Source: Solirubrobacterales bacterium
GTDB taxonomy: Bacteria; Actinomycetota; Thermoleophilia; Solirubrobacterales; 70-9
Length of the DNA stretch: 64,000 nucleotides
Direction: 5' to 3'
Assembly: GCA_033856175.1 (NCBI GenBank)
Contig: JAWVFK010000018.1
Location: 3,104 to 67,103 of the forward strand
In this document: positions 23,828 to 35,048 of the stretch, in pieces
Numbering within the stretch: the first letter of the stretch is position 1
Layout: the number at the start of each line of letters is the position of its first letter
Translations under genes and position numbers: made by a program
Notes under the pieces: model-generated
Told to the model about the DNA's origin: nothing
Seen by the model: the letters and a program-made list of their open reading frames with translations, nothing else
Databases searched by the model: none

Positions 23828-24688
23828 GTGGCCGCCACCCTCGCAGAGCTGGAGCTAGTCGCCTCGGGCAAGGTGCGCGAGATGTACGAGGCCGGCGACG
23901 AGCTGGTGATGGTCGCCTCCGATCGGATCTCGGCCTACGACGTCGTCATGCCCAACCCGATCCCCGACAAGGGGCGGGTGCTGACCCAGATGTCGATCTT
24001 CTGGTTCGAGACGACCGGCGAGATCGTGCCCAACCACTTCCTCGACGAGGACGTGCCGGCCGAGGCCGCCGGGCGTGGCCTCCGCGTGCGCAAGCTCGAG
24101 ATGCATCCGGTGGAGTGCGTCGTCCGCGGCTATCTGTCGGGCTCGGGCTGGAAGGAGTACCGCCAGTCGGGCTCGGTCTGCGGCATCGCCCTGCCCGAGG
24201 GCCTGCGTGAGTCGGACAGGCTGCCGGAGCCGATCTTCACGCCGGCGACCAAGGCCGAGGTCGGCGAGCACGACGAAAACATCGACTTCGACCGCGCCGC
24301 CGAGATCGTCGGTGACCGCGGCCTAATGGAGGAGCTGCGACGGGTCTCGGTCGCCCTCTATTCGCACGCCGCCGAGCACGCGGCCGAGCGCGGCATCATC
24401 CTGGCCGACACGAAGTTCGAGTTCGGCCGCGACGGTGAGCAGGCGATCGTCCTCGGCGACGAGGTCCTGACCCCAGACTCCTCGCGCTTCTGGCCCGCCG
24501 ACGACTACGAGCCGGGGCGCTCGCAGCAGAGCTTCGACAAGCAGTACGTCCGCGACTGGCTCGACGAGACCGGCTGGGACCACAGCCCGCCGGCCCCCGA
24601 GCTTCCCGCCGACGTCGTCGCCAATACGCGCGCCAAGTACGTCGAGGCATACGAGCGGATCACGGGGCGGAAGCTGCCCGCTTCGTGA
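23828..24688 (+). CDS. purC: SAICAR synthase
   Basis: GKVREMYE..SDRISAYD..LADTKFEFG are typical PurC motifs; 286 aa. Confidence 0.95.
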   Translation: MAATLAELELVASGKVREMYEAGDELVMVASDRISAYDVVMPNPIPDKGRVLTQMSIFWFETTGEIVPNHFLDEDVPAEAAGRGLRVRKLEMHPVECVVRGYLSGSGWKEYRQSGSVCGIALPEGLRESDRLPEPIFTPATKAEVGEHDENIDFDRAAEIVGDRGLMEELRRVSVALYSHAAEHAAERGIILADTKFEFGRDGEQAIVLGDEVLTPDSSRFWPADDYEPGRSQQSFDKQYVRDWLDETGWDHSPPAPELPADVVANTRAKYVEAYERITGRKLPAS

Positions 24689-24927
24689 AGGCTCGCGTGC
24701 TGATTCGCCCCAAGGAGGGGATCCTCGACCCCCAGGGCAAGGCGGTCGAGCGGGCGCTGCCGGCGCTGGGCTTCGACGACGTCTCATCGGTGCGGATCGG
24801 CCGCCTGGTCGAGCTCGAGGCCGACAGCCTCGAGCGGCTGCCCGAGCTCTGCGAGAAGCTGCTCGCCAACCCGCTGATCGAGGACTTCGAGATCCAGCCG
24901 GTGCAAGCGCCGTCGCCGGACGCGTAG
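24685..24927 (+). CDS. purS: FGAM synthase subunit PurS
   Basis: 80 aa. VLIRPKEGILDPQGKAVERAL; GTGA overlap with the purC stop. Confidence 0.9.
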   Translation: MKARVLIRPKEGILDPQGKAVERALPALGFDDVSSVRIGRLVELEADSLERLPELCEKLLANPLIEDFEIQPVQAPSPDA

Positions 24928-24943
24928 CGGAGGACGCGGTGCA

Positions 24944-25612
24944 TTGACGACGTGGGGAGTGATCCAATTCCCGGGGAGCTGCGACGAGCGCGACGCCGTG
25001 CTCGCCTGCTCGCGCGCCGGTGAGGCACGGCTGCTCTGGCACGCTGAGCGCGACCTCGCCGGCGTCGACGCGATCGTCGTCCCCGGCGGCTTCTCCTACG
25101 GCGACTACCTGCGCGCCGGCGCGATCGCCCGCTTCTCCGAGGTCATGGAGGCCGTCGCCGAGTTCGCCGCCGCCGGCGGGCCGGTGCTAGGGATCTGCAA
25201 CGGCTTCCAGGTCCTCTGCGAGGCGGGGCTGCTGCCGGGGGCGCTGCTGACCAACGAGCGGCTGCGCTTCGTCTGCCGCCAGGTCGAGGTCGAGGTCGTC
25301 AACGCCGAGACCCCGTTCACGCGGGAATGCGAGCCCGGCGAGCGGCTCTCGATCCCGGTCAAGCACCAGGTCGGCCGCTACTTCGCGCCGCCCGAGGAGT
25401 TGGAGCGGCTCGAGCGCGAGGGCCGCGTCGTCTTTCGCTACGCACCGGGGCAGAACCCGAACGGCAGCCTCGGCGACATCGCCGGCGTGGCCAACGACGC
25501 CGGCAACGTCGTCGGCCTGATGCCCCACCCCGAGCACGCGGTCGATCCGCTGACCGGCTCCGCCGACGGGCTCAAGCTCTTCGCCTCGGCGGCGAAGCTG
25601 GCCGTGGCATGA
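24944..25612 (+). CDS. purQ: FGAM synthase glutaminase subunit PurQ
   Basis: VIQFPGS..D, GGFSYGDYLR, catalytic GICNGFQ, and MPHPE; 222 aa. Confidence 0.95.
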   Translation: MTTWGVIQFPGSCDERDAVLACSRAGEARLLWHAERDLAGVDAIVVPGGFSYGDYLRAGAIARFSEVMEAVAEFAAAGGPVLGICNGFQVLCEAGLLPGALLTNERLRFVCRQVEVEVVNAETPFTRECEPGERLSIPVKHQVGRYFAPPEELERLEREGRVVFRYAPGQNPNGSLGDIAGVANDAGNVVGLMPHPEHAVDPLTGSADGLKLFASAAKLAVA

Positions 25613-27798
25613 GCGTGGCCGAGGCGCCGCATCGCGCGCTTGGCCTGACCGACCCCGAGTACGACTGGATCTGCGAGCTGCTCGATCGCGAGCCCAACGG
25701 CGTCGAGCTGGCGATGTTCTCGCTGATGTGGTCCGAGCACTGCGCCTACAAGCACTCGCGCAAGCTGCTGCGGCTGCTGCCGACCGAGGGCCCGCGGGTC
25801 GTCCTCGGCCCCGGAGAGAACGCCGGCGCCGTCTCCGTCGGCGAGGACCACGTCGTCGCCTTCAAGGTCGAGTCGCACAACCACCCGAGCGCGGTCGAGC
25901 CCTTCCAGGGCGCGGCGACCGGGGTCGGCGGCATCCTCCGCGACGTCTTCGCCCTCGGCGCCCGGCCGATCGCGATCCTCGACTCGCTGCGCTTCGGCGA
26001 ACTCGACACGGGGCGCTCGCGCTATCTCTTCGAGGGCGTCGTCGCCGGCGTCGGCCATTACGGCAACTCGATCGGCGTGCCGACGGTCGGCGGCGAGGTC
26101 TACTTCGAGGGCCCCTACGAGCACAACTGCCTCGTCAACGCGATGTGCGTCGGGCTCGCCCGCCGCGACCGGATCATCCGCTCGGCGGCGAGCGGAGTCG
26201 GCAACGCGCTGGTCTTGATGGGAGCGTCGACCGGGCGCGACGGCATCGGCGGCGCCTCGGTGCTGGCCTCAGCCGAGCTCGAGGCGGGCGAGACTGAGAA
26301 GCGGCCGACGGTTCAGATCGGCGACCCGTTCGAGGAGGAGAAGCTGATGGAGTGCTGCCTCGAGCTGCTCGACCGCGAGCTGCTGGTGGCGCTCCAGGAC
26401 CTCGGCGCCGCCGGGCTGACGTCGTCGGCCGCGGAGATGGCCTCGAAGGGCGGCGTCGGACTCGACATCGACGTCGGGCTGGTGCCGCTGCGCGAGGCCG
26501 ACATGGAGCCGTTCGAGGTGATGGTCTCGGAGTCCCAGGAGCGGATGCTGGCCGTCGTCGACCCCGCCAGGGTCGACGAGGTACTCGCGGTCTGCGCCCG
26601 CTGGCAGACCGGTGCGGCGGTGATCGGCGAGGTCACCGAGGGCGGCTCGCTGCGCGTGCTCGCCGGCGGCGAGGAGGTCGGCGACCTCCCGATTGCCGCG
26701 CTGGTCGACGACTGCCCGCTCTATGACCTCCAGCCGGCCGAGCCCGAGGGCTGGATCTACGGCAACAGGCGCACGCTCGACGACGGGTCGCCCGAGCAGA
26801 CGCTGCTGGCGCTGCTCGCCTCGCCGACGATCGCCTCCAAGCGCTGGGCCTTAGAGCAATACGACTCGATCGTCGGCTCGCGGACCGTCGACCGGGGGGA
26901 GTCGGCGGACGCCGCCGTGCTGATGCTGCCGGAGGCCGATTCGTCGATCGCCGTGGCGATCGACGGCAACGGCCGCCGCGTCGCCTGCGACCCCTATGTC
27001 GGGGCGGTCGAAGCAGTCCTCGAATGCGCCGCCAACCTCGCCTGCGCCGGCGCCGAGCCGCTGGGGCTGACCAACTGCCTCAACTTCGGCAATCCGGAGA
27101 AGCCGCATGTCGCCTGGCAGCTGCAGCGCTCGGTCGAGGGGCTCGCCGCCGCCTGCGAGGCGCTGTCGATCCCGGTGGTCGGTGGCAACGTCTCGCTCTA
27201 CAACGAGACGCCGGCCGGCCCGATCTATCCGACGCCCGTCATCGGCATGGTCGGGGAGCTGGCCGATCCGGCGGCGGTGGCGGGCATTTGCCTGCGCGAC
27301 GGCGACGCGATCGCCGTCCTCGGCCCCTTCTCGCCCTCGCTGGCGGGCTCCGAGCTGGCGAAGCAGCGTGGTGAGCTGGGACCTGGTCTGGCCGCGGTCG
27401 ACATCGCCGCCGCAGAGGCGGCGATCGCCACGGTGCGCCGGCTCGTCCGCGACGGCGCCGTCGGCGCGGCACACGACATCAGCGACGGCGGCCTCGCCTG
27501 CGCGCTCGCCGAGATGGCGATCGCCGGCGGCGTCGGCGCTCGCGTGGACCTGGCGGCGCTGGTTGCCCGGGCACAGGACGCCGAGGCAGCCCTGTTCGGC
27601 GAGGGGGTCGCCGGCTTCGTCGTCACCGGCAATCGGCAGATGCTCGAAGGCATCGCCGGCACCGACCTGGTCATCGTCGGCGAGGCCGGCGGCGGCACGC
27701 TCGAGCTATCCGCCGGCGATCTCTCGCTCAGCATCCCGCTCGCCGAGGTCGAAGACGCCTGGCGCTCGCTGGCCGAGCGGGTCGACTCGGCCAGCTAG
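25609..27798 (+). CDS. purL: FGAM synthase subunit PurL
   Basis: Start at ATG 25609 (MSVAEAPHRALGLTDPEYDWI..) overlapping the purQ TGA (ATGA). ESHNHPS and GGILRDV motifs. The ORF-track extension to 25327 lies inside purQ. Confidence 0.95.
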   Translation: MSVAEAPHRALGLTDPEYDWICELLDREPNGVELAMFSLMWSEHCAYKHSRKLLRLLPTEGPRVVLGPGENAGAVSVGEDHVVAFKVESHNHPSAVEPFQGAATGVGGILRDVFALGARPIAILDSLRFGELDTGRSRYLFEGVVAGVGHYGNSIGVPTVGGEVYFEGPYEHNCLVNAMCVGLARRDRIIRSAASGVGNALVLMGASTGRDGIGGASVLASAELEAGETEKRPTVQIGDPFEEEKLMECCLELLDRELLVALQDLGAAGLTSSAAEMASKGGVGLDIDVGLVPLREADMEPFEVMVSESQERMLAVVDPARVDEVLAVCARWQTGAAVIGEVTEGGSLRVLAGGEEVGDLPIAALVDDCPLYDLQPAEPEGWIYGNRRTLDDGSPEQTLLALLASPTIASKRWALEQYDSIVGSRTVDRGESADAAVLMLPEADSSIAVAIDGNGRRVACDPYVGAVEAVLECAANLACAGAEPLGLTNCLNFGNPEKPHVAWQLQRSVEGLAAACEALSIPVVGGNVSLYNETPAGPIYPTPVIGMVGELADPAAVAGICLRDGDAIAVLGPFSPSLAGSELAKQRGELGPGLAAVDIAAAEAAIATVRRLVRDGAVGAAHDISDGGLACALAEMAIAGGVGARVDLAALVARAQDAEAALFGEGVAGFVVTGNRQMLEGIAGTDLVIVGEAGGGTLELSAGDLSLSIPLAEVEDAWRSLAERVDSAS

Positions 27799-29147
27799 CG
27801 GCGTTCGAAGGCGCCGATGTCGGGATCGGCGTCGCGCATGACGCCACGCTGGTCGCGCTTCTCCGACGTCGCCTTGCCGGCGTGGCCGATCGCCGGGCTG
27901 TGGCGGAGCAGGGCGACCGTCTTCGTGGCGCCGCCGTTGCTCTTGAGGCCGCCAAGCCGCGGATTGGCGCGAACGAGGTCCGTCGCTGCCGCGAACCCGG
28001 AGCAGCCGGGGTCGCTGGTGCTGCGCAGGTTGTGACCGCCGGAGTCGAAGCTGCCGTTGCAATTCGGATCGGCGCCGCCGGCACCGACGGTGTTGAGCGC
28101 GATCAGCGAGTTCTCGACCTGAGTGGCGCTGGGGACAGGTGGCCCGAACGGTGGGATCCTCGTCATTCCCCCGCCGACGCCGCCGCCGATCCCGTCTGCA
28201 TTGGCCTGATTGCGGACGATGGTCACATCGTTGAGCTTCGTGAAGTTGCCGCCGAAGGCGCTCTCGTCATTGACGATGCCGCCGCCGCTGCCGTTGGCGC
28301 GGTTGCCGCTGAGCGTGCTGTTGCGGACCGTCAGCTGGCCGACGTCGTTGTAGAAGGCACCGCCGCTGCCAGCGGCGGTGTTGCCGTTGACGGTCGAGCG
28401 AGTCACGAGCAGCGAGGACCCGGCCCCGCCGATGAGCGCCGCGCCGCCGCCGAAGGGCCCGGCAGTGCTGTGGTTGCCCTTGACCGTCGAACGGTCGACC
28501 TTCATCGGCGCGTTGGTCCAGAGCCCGCCACCGTCGGAGCCACTCGTGTTGTGCTCGACCCGACTGGAGACGATCGTGACCTGGCTGCCGTTGGCGAGCA
28601 CTCCGCCGCCACCGGCGACGGCCTGGTTGTGGGCGAGGATGCAATCGCGAATGTCGACTCCGGCGCCGCCGCCATCGGTCTCGACCCCGCCGCCGCCGAA
28701 GCCACCGCCGACGTTGCCGCCGCGGATGACAAGCCCGTTGAGGCTGAGCTTGCCGGCAAAGAACTGGGCGTGGAAGACGCGATCGAGTCCGTTCGCGTCG
28801 ATGACGGGGCGGTGCGCTCCCGTGTGGACGATCTTCAGCGCACCCGTCGTGTCGAGGTCGCCGGTCATCGCGGCGTCCTCGCCAGCCCCGGCCTGGGCGA
28901 ATTTGTAGACCCTGCCGCCCTCGAGGACGATCTTGTCGCCGCCGGAATGCGCGTTGGCCGCCCGGACGGCTTCTCGCAAGGTGCAGTCGTGGCGCTGGCT
29001 GCAGCTCGCCGGGACGTGGTCGCTGCGGCTGTTGACGACGTAGGTCTTGGCGGTTGCCGGAGCCGCGAAGGCAAGGCAGAGGGCCACCCCGGCCGACGCT
29101 GCGGCGATCCTGCGTCCGAGCTCGATCGCATCTCCCATGGCACCCAT
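27795..29147 (-). CDS. secreted right-handed beta-helix repeat protein with N-terminal CSLREA-like motif
   Basis: Signal peptide (RRIAAASAGVALCLAFAAPATA|K), CTLREAVRAAN motif, then many Gly/Asn-rich repeats (GGG..V.N / S.V.GN.A..GGG). Start taken at ATG 29147 (or 29138). The ORF-track start 29300 would overlap purF. Confidence 0.7.
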   Translation of the reverse strand: MGAMGDAIELGRRIAAASAGVALCLAFAAPATAKTYVVNSRSDHVPASCSQRHDCTLREAVRAANAHSGGDKIVLEGGRVYKFAQAGAGEDAAMTGDLDTTGALKIVHTGAHRPVIDANGLDRVFHAQFFAGKLSLNGLVIRGGNVGGGFGGGGVETDGGGAGVDIRDCILAHNQAVAGGGGVLANGSQVTIVSSRVEHNTSGSDGGGLWTNAPMKVDRSTVKGNHSTAGPFGGGAALIGGAGSSLLVTRSTVNGNTAAGSGGAFYNDVGQLTVRNSTLSGNRANGSGGGIVNDESAFGGNFTKLNDVTIVRNQANADGIGGGVGGGMTRIPPFGPPVPSATQVENSLIALNTVGAGGADPNCNGSFDSGGHNLRSTSDPGCSGFAAATDLVRANPRLGGLKSNGGATKTVALLRHSPAIGHAGKATSEKRDQRGVMRDADPDIGAFERR

Positions 29148-29280
29148 GACCCTACAGTCGCCGGCCGGAGCGGTCAACGACGGCCAACGGGTTGCCGCGG
29201 CCGTCGCCGTTGCTACCCTGCCTTTGCAGGTGGTCCCGCCTGCACACCTCCACTCCGAAGGCACCAGGGCCTGAGAAGAC

Positions 29281-30738
29281 TTGAGCGAGCGGCTCACCAC
29301 CAGTGGTCATCTCGATGACCTCCGTGAAGGCCCGCGCGATGAGTGCGGGGTCTTTGGCATATACGCACCCGGGCACGAGGTTTCCAAGCTCGCCTTCTTC
29401 GCCCTCTACGCGCTTCAGCACCGCGGCCAGGAGTCGGCGGGCATCGCCAGCTGCGAGGGCGGTCACATCACGACGCTGCGCGAGTCCGGCCTCGTCTCGC
29501 AGGTCTTCGACGAGGAGAAGCTGCAGGCGCTCGAGGGCGACATGGCGATCGGCCACGTCCGCTACTCGACGACCGGCGGCGGCTCCTGGGAGAACGCGCA
29601 GCCGGTCTGGCGCGACGACGGCCGCGAGCTGGCGCTCGCCCACAACGGCAACCTGACCAACGCCGTCGAGCTCTACGCCGAGCTGCAGGCCAACGGCATC
29701 CAGTTCCGCGGCACCTCGGACTCGGAGATCATGGCGGCGCTGCTGTCCTCCAACGGCGGCGGCTTCATCGAGGACGCCGTCGCCGACGTGATGCCGCGGC
29801 TCCAGGGCGCCTACTCGACGGTCGTGATGACCAAGCACGCGATCGTCGCCTTCCGCGATCCAAACGGGGTGCGGCCGCTATCGCTCGGCCAGCTCGACGA
29901 TCGCTATGTCGTCGCCTCGGAGAGCTGCGCCTTCGACATCATCGGCGCCAAGCTGCTGCGCGAGGTCCAACCGGGCGAGATGGTCTCGCTGACCGAGAAG
30001 GGGCTCGAGGTTCGTCAGGTCGTCGAGTCCGGGCGGCCGGCGATCTGCGTCTTCGAGCACATCTACTTCTCGCGCCCCGACAGCCGGCTGGAGGGCAAGG
30101 TGCTGCAGCAGGTCCGCGGCAAGATGGGCGAGATCCTCTGGCGCGAGTCGCCGGTCGAGGCCGACCTCGTGATTTCCGTGCCCGACTCGGGCAACCCGGC
30201 CGCCAACGGCTTCGCCCGCGCCTCGGGGATCGAGAAGGACGATGGGCTGATCAAGAACCGCTACGTCGCCCGCACCTTCATCCAGCCGGGGCAGGAGCTG
30301 CGCAAGCACGGGCTGCGGATGAAGTTCAACCCGCTACCGGAGATCATCGCCGGCAAGCGCGTCGTCGTCGTCGACGACTCGATCGTCCGCGGCAACACCA
30401 CCCGCCAGATCGTCGGCATGCTTCGCGACGCCGGCGCCGCCGAGGTCCATCTGCGGATCTCGGCGCCGCCGATCCGCCACCCATGCCACTACGGAATCGA
30501 CATGTCGACGAGCGAGGAGATGATCGCCCACGAGCGCACGCCGGCCGAGGTCGCGACGGTGCTCGGCGCCGACTCGCTGGCCTATCTCTCGCTGGAGGGG
30601 GTCTACGAGGCCGTCGGCGGCTCGAGCGAGAACCACTGCGACGCCTGCTTCACGGGGCGCTACCCGCTTGGCGACCCCGCGTCGGCGAACGGCAAGTTCG
30701 CCCTCGAGACCGCGCAGACGCTGCCGGTCGCGCGTTAG
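29281..30738 (+). CDS. purF: amidophosphoribosyltransferase
   Basis: Propeptide then CGVFGIY (N-terminal nucleophile Cys), PRTase motif VVVVDDSIVRGNT. TTG start as in the ORF track; exact start uncertain. Confidence 0.93.
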   Translation: MSERLTTSGHLDDLREGPRDECGVFGIYAPGHEVSKLAFFALYALQHRGQESAGIASCEGGHITTLRESGLVSQVFDEEKLQALEGDMAIGHVRYSTTGGGSWENAQPVWRDDGRELALAHNGNLTNAVELYAELQANGIQFRGTSDSEIMAALLSSNGGGFIEDAVADVMPRLQGAYSTVVMTKHAIVAFRDPNGVRPLSLGQLDDRYVVASESCAFDIIGAKLLREVQPGEMVSLTEKGLEVRQVVESGRPAICVFEHIYFSRPDSRLEGKVLQQVRGKMGEILWRESPVEADLVISVPDSGNPAANGFARASGIEKDDGLIKNRYVARTFIQPGQELRKHGLRMKFNPLPEIIAGKRVVVVDDSIVRGNTTRQIVGMLRDAGAAEVHLRISAPPIRHPCHYGIDMSTSEEMIAHERTPAEVATVLGADSLAYLSLEGVYEAVGGSSENHCDACFTGRYPLGDPASANGKFALETAQTLPVAR

Positions 30739-30750
30739 AGCGCCGGGTCG

Positions 30751-31360
30751 ATGAGCGAGTTCCGCCTTGCCGTTCTCGCTTCCGGGACCGGCAGCAACCT
30801 GCAGGCGATCCTCGACCGGCTCCACGGCCGCGACGGCATCGAGGTCGTCGCCGTCGCCTCGAACCGGCCCGACGCCACCGCCCTCGAGCGGGCGCAGACC
30901 GCCGGCGTCGAGACGGCGGTGTTCGAGCGCAGCGAGTTCGCCGACCGCAGCGCCCGCGACATCGCAATCGCCGACTGGCTCGAGCAGCGCTCGGTCGACC
31001 TCGTCGTGCTCGCCGGCTACATGGAGCTGCTCTCAGCAGAGTTCGTGGCCCGCTTCCGCGGCCGCATCGTCAACGTCCATCCGGCGCTGCTGCCGGCCTT
31101 CCCCGGCATCGACGCGATCGAGCAGGCGCTGGCCCACGGCGCCAGGATGATCGGCGTCACCGTCCACTTCGTCGACGAGGGCGTCGACTCGGGGCCGATC
31201 ATCCTGCAGCGCGCGATTGACGTCCCATACACTCGCGACGTGGAGGAGGTCGAGCAGCTGATTCACCCGATCGAGCACGAGCTGCTGCCTCGGGCGATCC
31301 GGCTGATAGCCGCCGGAGCGGTGCGAATCGACGACGAGAACCCGCGGCTGGTGAGGATCG

Positions 31361-31380
<20 letters not shown>
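30751..31380 (+). CDS. purN: phosphoribosylglycinamide formyltransferase
   Basis: LAVLASGTGSNLQAI, NVHPALLPAF, and VHFVDEGVDSGPII; 209 aa. Confidence 0.93.
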
Positions 31381-32983
<1,603 letters not shown>

Positions 32984-32989
32984 TTCGGA

Positions 32990-33008
32990 CTAACCCACTC
33001 GGGGTTAG
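32990..33008. terminator. short hairpin between convergent purH and 33022..33756
   Basis: ctaaccc (32990-32996) / actcg / gggttag (33002-33008). A second stem, ttagga..tcctaa (33005-33025), overlaps it. Locally AT-richer. Confidence 0.4.
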
Positions 33009-33021
33009 GACGCACTGATTC

Positions 33022-33756
33022 CTAACGCTGAGGCTGAGGCGGCGTCTGGTCTGTGCTGGGCGGGTCGGTGTTGGGGAAGCGGACGTTGTACTGACGGCGG
33101 ATCAGGTTGCAGATCGCGCGATGGCGGACCTCGTCGGGCGCGTAGCGGTGGCCGTAGACGCCGACGACGCGGGCGGGGTTGCGGGCGCAGGCGCGATAGG
33201 CCTCGGCGAACTCTTCGCGGATCGGGTCGCGGCCGCTCGCCCAGGGGCCGTGGCGGTCGACGTAGCGGCTGAAGAGCCGCCGGGGCTCGGTCATCTGGCC
33301 GATCGTCTCGGGGTTCTCGATGTTGTTGCCCTCGACCTGGCCGGCTCCCATGACGACGAAGTCGAAGATGTGGCCGAGCTCGTGCCAGAGCGTGTTGCGG
33401 TTGCGACCGCGGCGGGCGAGGACGACGCTGAGCGGATCCCAGAGCGCGCAGCCGTTGATCTTGCCGAAGCGCTCCGGCATGCAGAGGTGGGGGCTGAAGG
33501 AGAGGCGCACCTCGAAAGGCACGGTCGGGACGTTGGCGGAGTCGGCCCACTGCTGGTAGGGCCCGGGCCTGGCGGCGCCGCGGTAGGTCATCGTCACCGC
33601 GCCGGCGTTGGGGGCGACGGCAAGGCCGAGGAGGATCGCCGCCAGCAGGCAGAGCGGCCAGCGGCGAGCGCCGCGGCCAACGGGCTGAGCCTCGCCCGGC
33701 AGCGACCGGGCTCGTCGATAGAGCGTTCTCGGAACCAAACCTCGCCTCTCCTCCAC
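33022..33756 (-). CDS. putative secreted HExxH zinc metallopeptidase-like protein
   Basis: Signal-like segment RWPLCLLAAILLGLAVAPNAGA and a single HELGH motif (TLWHELGHIFDF). No other family assignment possible by eye. Confidence 0.5.
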   Translation of the reverse strand: MEERRGLVPRTLYRRARSLPGEAQPVGRGARRWPLCLLAAILLGLAVAPNAGAVTMTYRGAARPGPYQQWADSANVPTVPFEVRLSFSPHLCMPERFGKINGCALWDPLSVVLARRGRNRNTLWHELGHIFDFVVMGAGQVEGNNIENPETIGQMTEPRRLFSRYVDRHGPWASGRDPIREEFAEAYRACARNPARVVGVYGHRYAPDEVRHRAICNLIRRQYNVRFPNTDPPSTDQTPPQPQR

Positions 33757-33892
33757 GGCCCCAGTGCCGTGATCTCTCGCGCGTCAGCGTCCTCCCCACA
33801 ACCTGCGGACGCCCTGCGACCGGCGCAGCAAATCACAGCCGCGAGGGTGTTTCAAGCGACAACCGGCGGGGGTCCGGCGGTGTGCCGGCGGC

Positions 33893-34675
33893 TCAGCGCT
33901 CGCCGACGAGCAGCGACTGCGTCGCCCGGCCGAGCGATCCCTGCTCGTCGTGGAGGACGGTGTCGGCGACGCCGATGCCGCTGGCCTCGGGAATCGTCAG
34001 CGCGTCGAGGCAGACCCACTCGCCGAGGGGAAGACGGTGGAGGTGGACGGTCAGATCGACGTTGATGAAGAGGTAGCGGCGGAAGTCGAGCGTGACGCTT
34101 ACCCCGTTGCCGGAGTCGGCGGCGACCAGCACCCGCGTCAGCGGCGACGGCTCCTCGCCGGCGATCAGCGGCTGTCGCATCCGCATCCAGACGGTCGCCG
34201 GACCGGCTTCGAGGAAGCTGCCCTCGACGAACCGGTACTCCATCGCCGTGTGGTAGCCGACCGACTCGCCGGTCGGAAAGAAGTCCTTGGCCTCGCTCTC
34301 ACCGGGCGGCGGCGGAGCCGGCGGGCGCTGAAGGCCGGCCGGGATCTCGACCTCGGTCGTCCGCAGCCGCCAGAAGGAGGCGCGCACCAGCTCTTCGCCG
34401 CTCTCGTCGAGCAGACGGGCGCCGAGCAGCTCGACGCTGCGCCCAGGCCGGATCGTCTCGACCTCGACCCTCAGCGGCGCAATCGGCACCGGCCGCAGGA
34501 TCTCGAACGAGGCACGAGCAACCTGGCCGGCCTCGATGCCGGGATGGCGCTCGACCTCGCGGCCGATGAGGGCTGCCGGGGGGCCGGCGTGTTGGGAGTT
34601 TGGGTCCCAGGGGCCTCGGGTTAGCTCGGTGGCGAGGAAGCGGTCGCCGCCGGGGATGTAGAAGGCGTCGGGCAT
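33893..34675 (-). CDS. thioesterase-superfamily (TesB-like double hot-dog) protein
   Basis: MPDAFYIPGGDRFLATELTRGPWDPNSQHAGPPAAL is the typical N-terminus of actinobacterial acyl-CoA thioesterase-like proteins. Start set at ATG 34675, since ORF-track 34738 adds 21 unlikely residues running up against the tRNA. Confidence 0.7.
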   Translation of the reverse strand: MPDAFYIPGGDRFLATELTRGPWDPNSQHAGPPAALIGREVERHPGIEAGQVARASFEILRPVPIAPLRVEVETIRPGRSVELLGARLLDESGEELVRASFWRLRTTEVEIPAGLQRPPAPPPPGESEAKDFFPTGESVGYHTAMEYRFVEGSFLEAGPATVWMRMRQPLIAGEEPSPLTRVLVAADSGNGVSVTLDFRRYLFINVDLTVHLHRLPLGEWVCLDALTIPEASGIGVADTVLHDEQGSLGRATQSLLVGER

Positions 34676-34751
34676 GGGCGCGGATCGTAAGTGCCGGGTC
34701 GCGTTCGAGCGTGGCGACTTACCGCCCACCGGAGGCAACTAAGCTGAGATC

Positions 34752-34824
34752 GCCCCCGTAGCTCAGTTGGTAGAGCAGCGCCCTTTTAAGGCGAAGCGCG
34801 CCGGTTCGAGCCCGGCCGGGGGCA
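34752..34824 (+). tRNA. tRNA-Lys (TTT)
   Basis: gcccccgTAGCTCAGTTGGTAGAGCa..CTTTTAA anticodon loop (TTT)..gccggTTCGAGCccggc cgggggc a; hand-folded cloverleaf, 73 nt, no encoded CCA. Confidence 0.85.
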
Positions 34825-35048
34825 CTTGCAGCCGGGGCGGATTCGGACCACGACCTTGGGATCGTGAACTGTCCAGACCATGGCAGTCTCAGTTCGCTCA
34901 AGCGCCACCAATACTTGTCTGCGTGGCCTCGTGCGAGGCTTTTGCTTGGCGAGATCTCCGACATGGGGTCACGCAGAAGGGGAGGAACTGCAGATCTAGG
35001 CGCATCCGGGACCACCGGCACAGGCGCAGCTGGCTGTCGACCCAGCCG

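Noticed and set aside
25327-25608. Upstream extension of purL into purQ
   Set aside because: It is an out-of-frame overlap with purQ and is Arg-rich. The canonical PurL N-terminus starts at ATG 25609, which overlaps the purQ stop.
34926-34945. Weak hairpin plus T-run (gcctc-gtgc-gaggc-ttttg) downstream of tRNA-Lys as a terminator
   Set aside because: The stem is only 5 bp and lies 100 nt from the tRNA. That is too weak to report as a feature.
34825-35048. Remnant integrase or small gene between tRNA-Lys and the island's first ORF
   Set aside because: The ORFs here (for example 34767..35192 and 34864..35058) overlap the tRNA or have no coding bias or motifs. No recombinase signature was seen.
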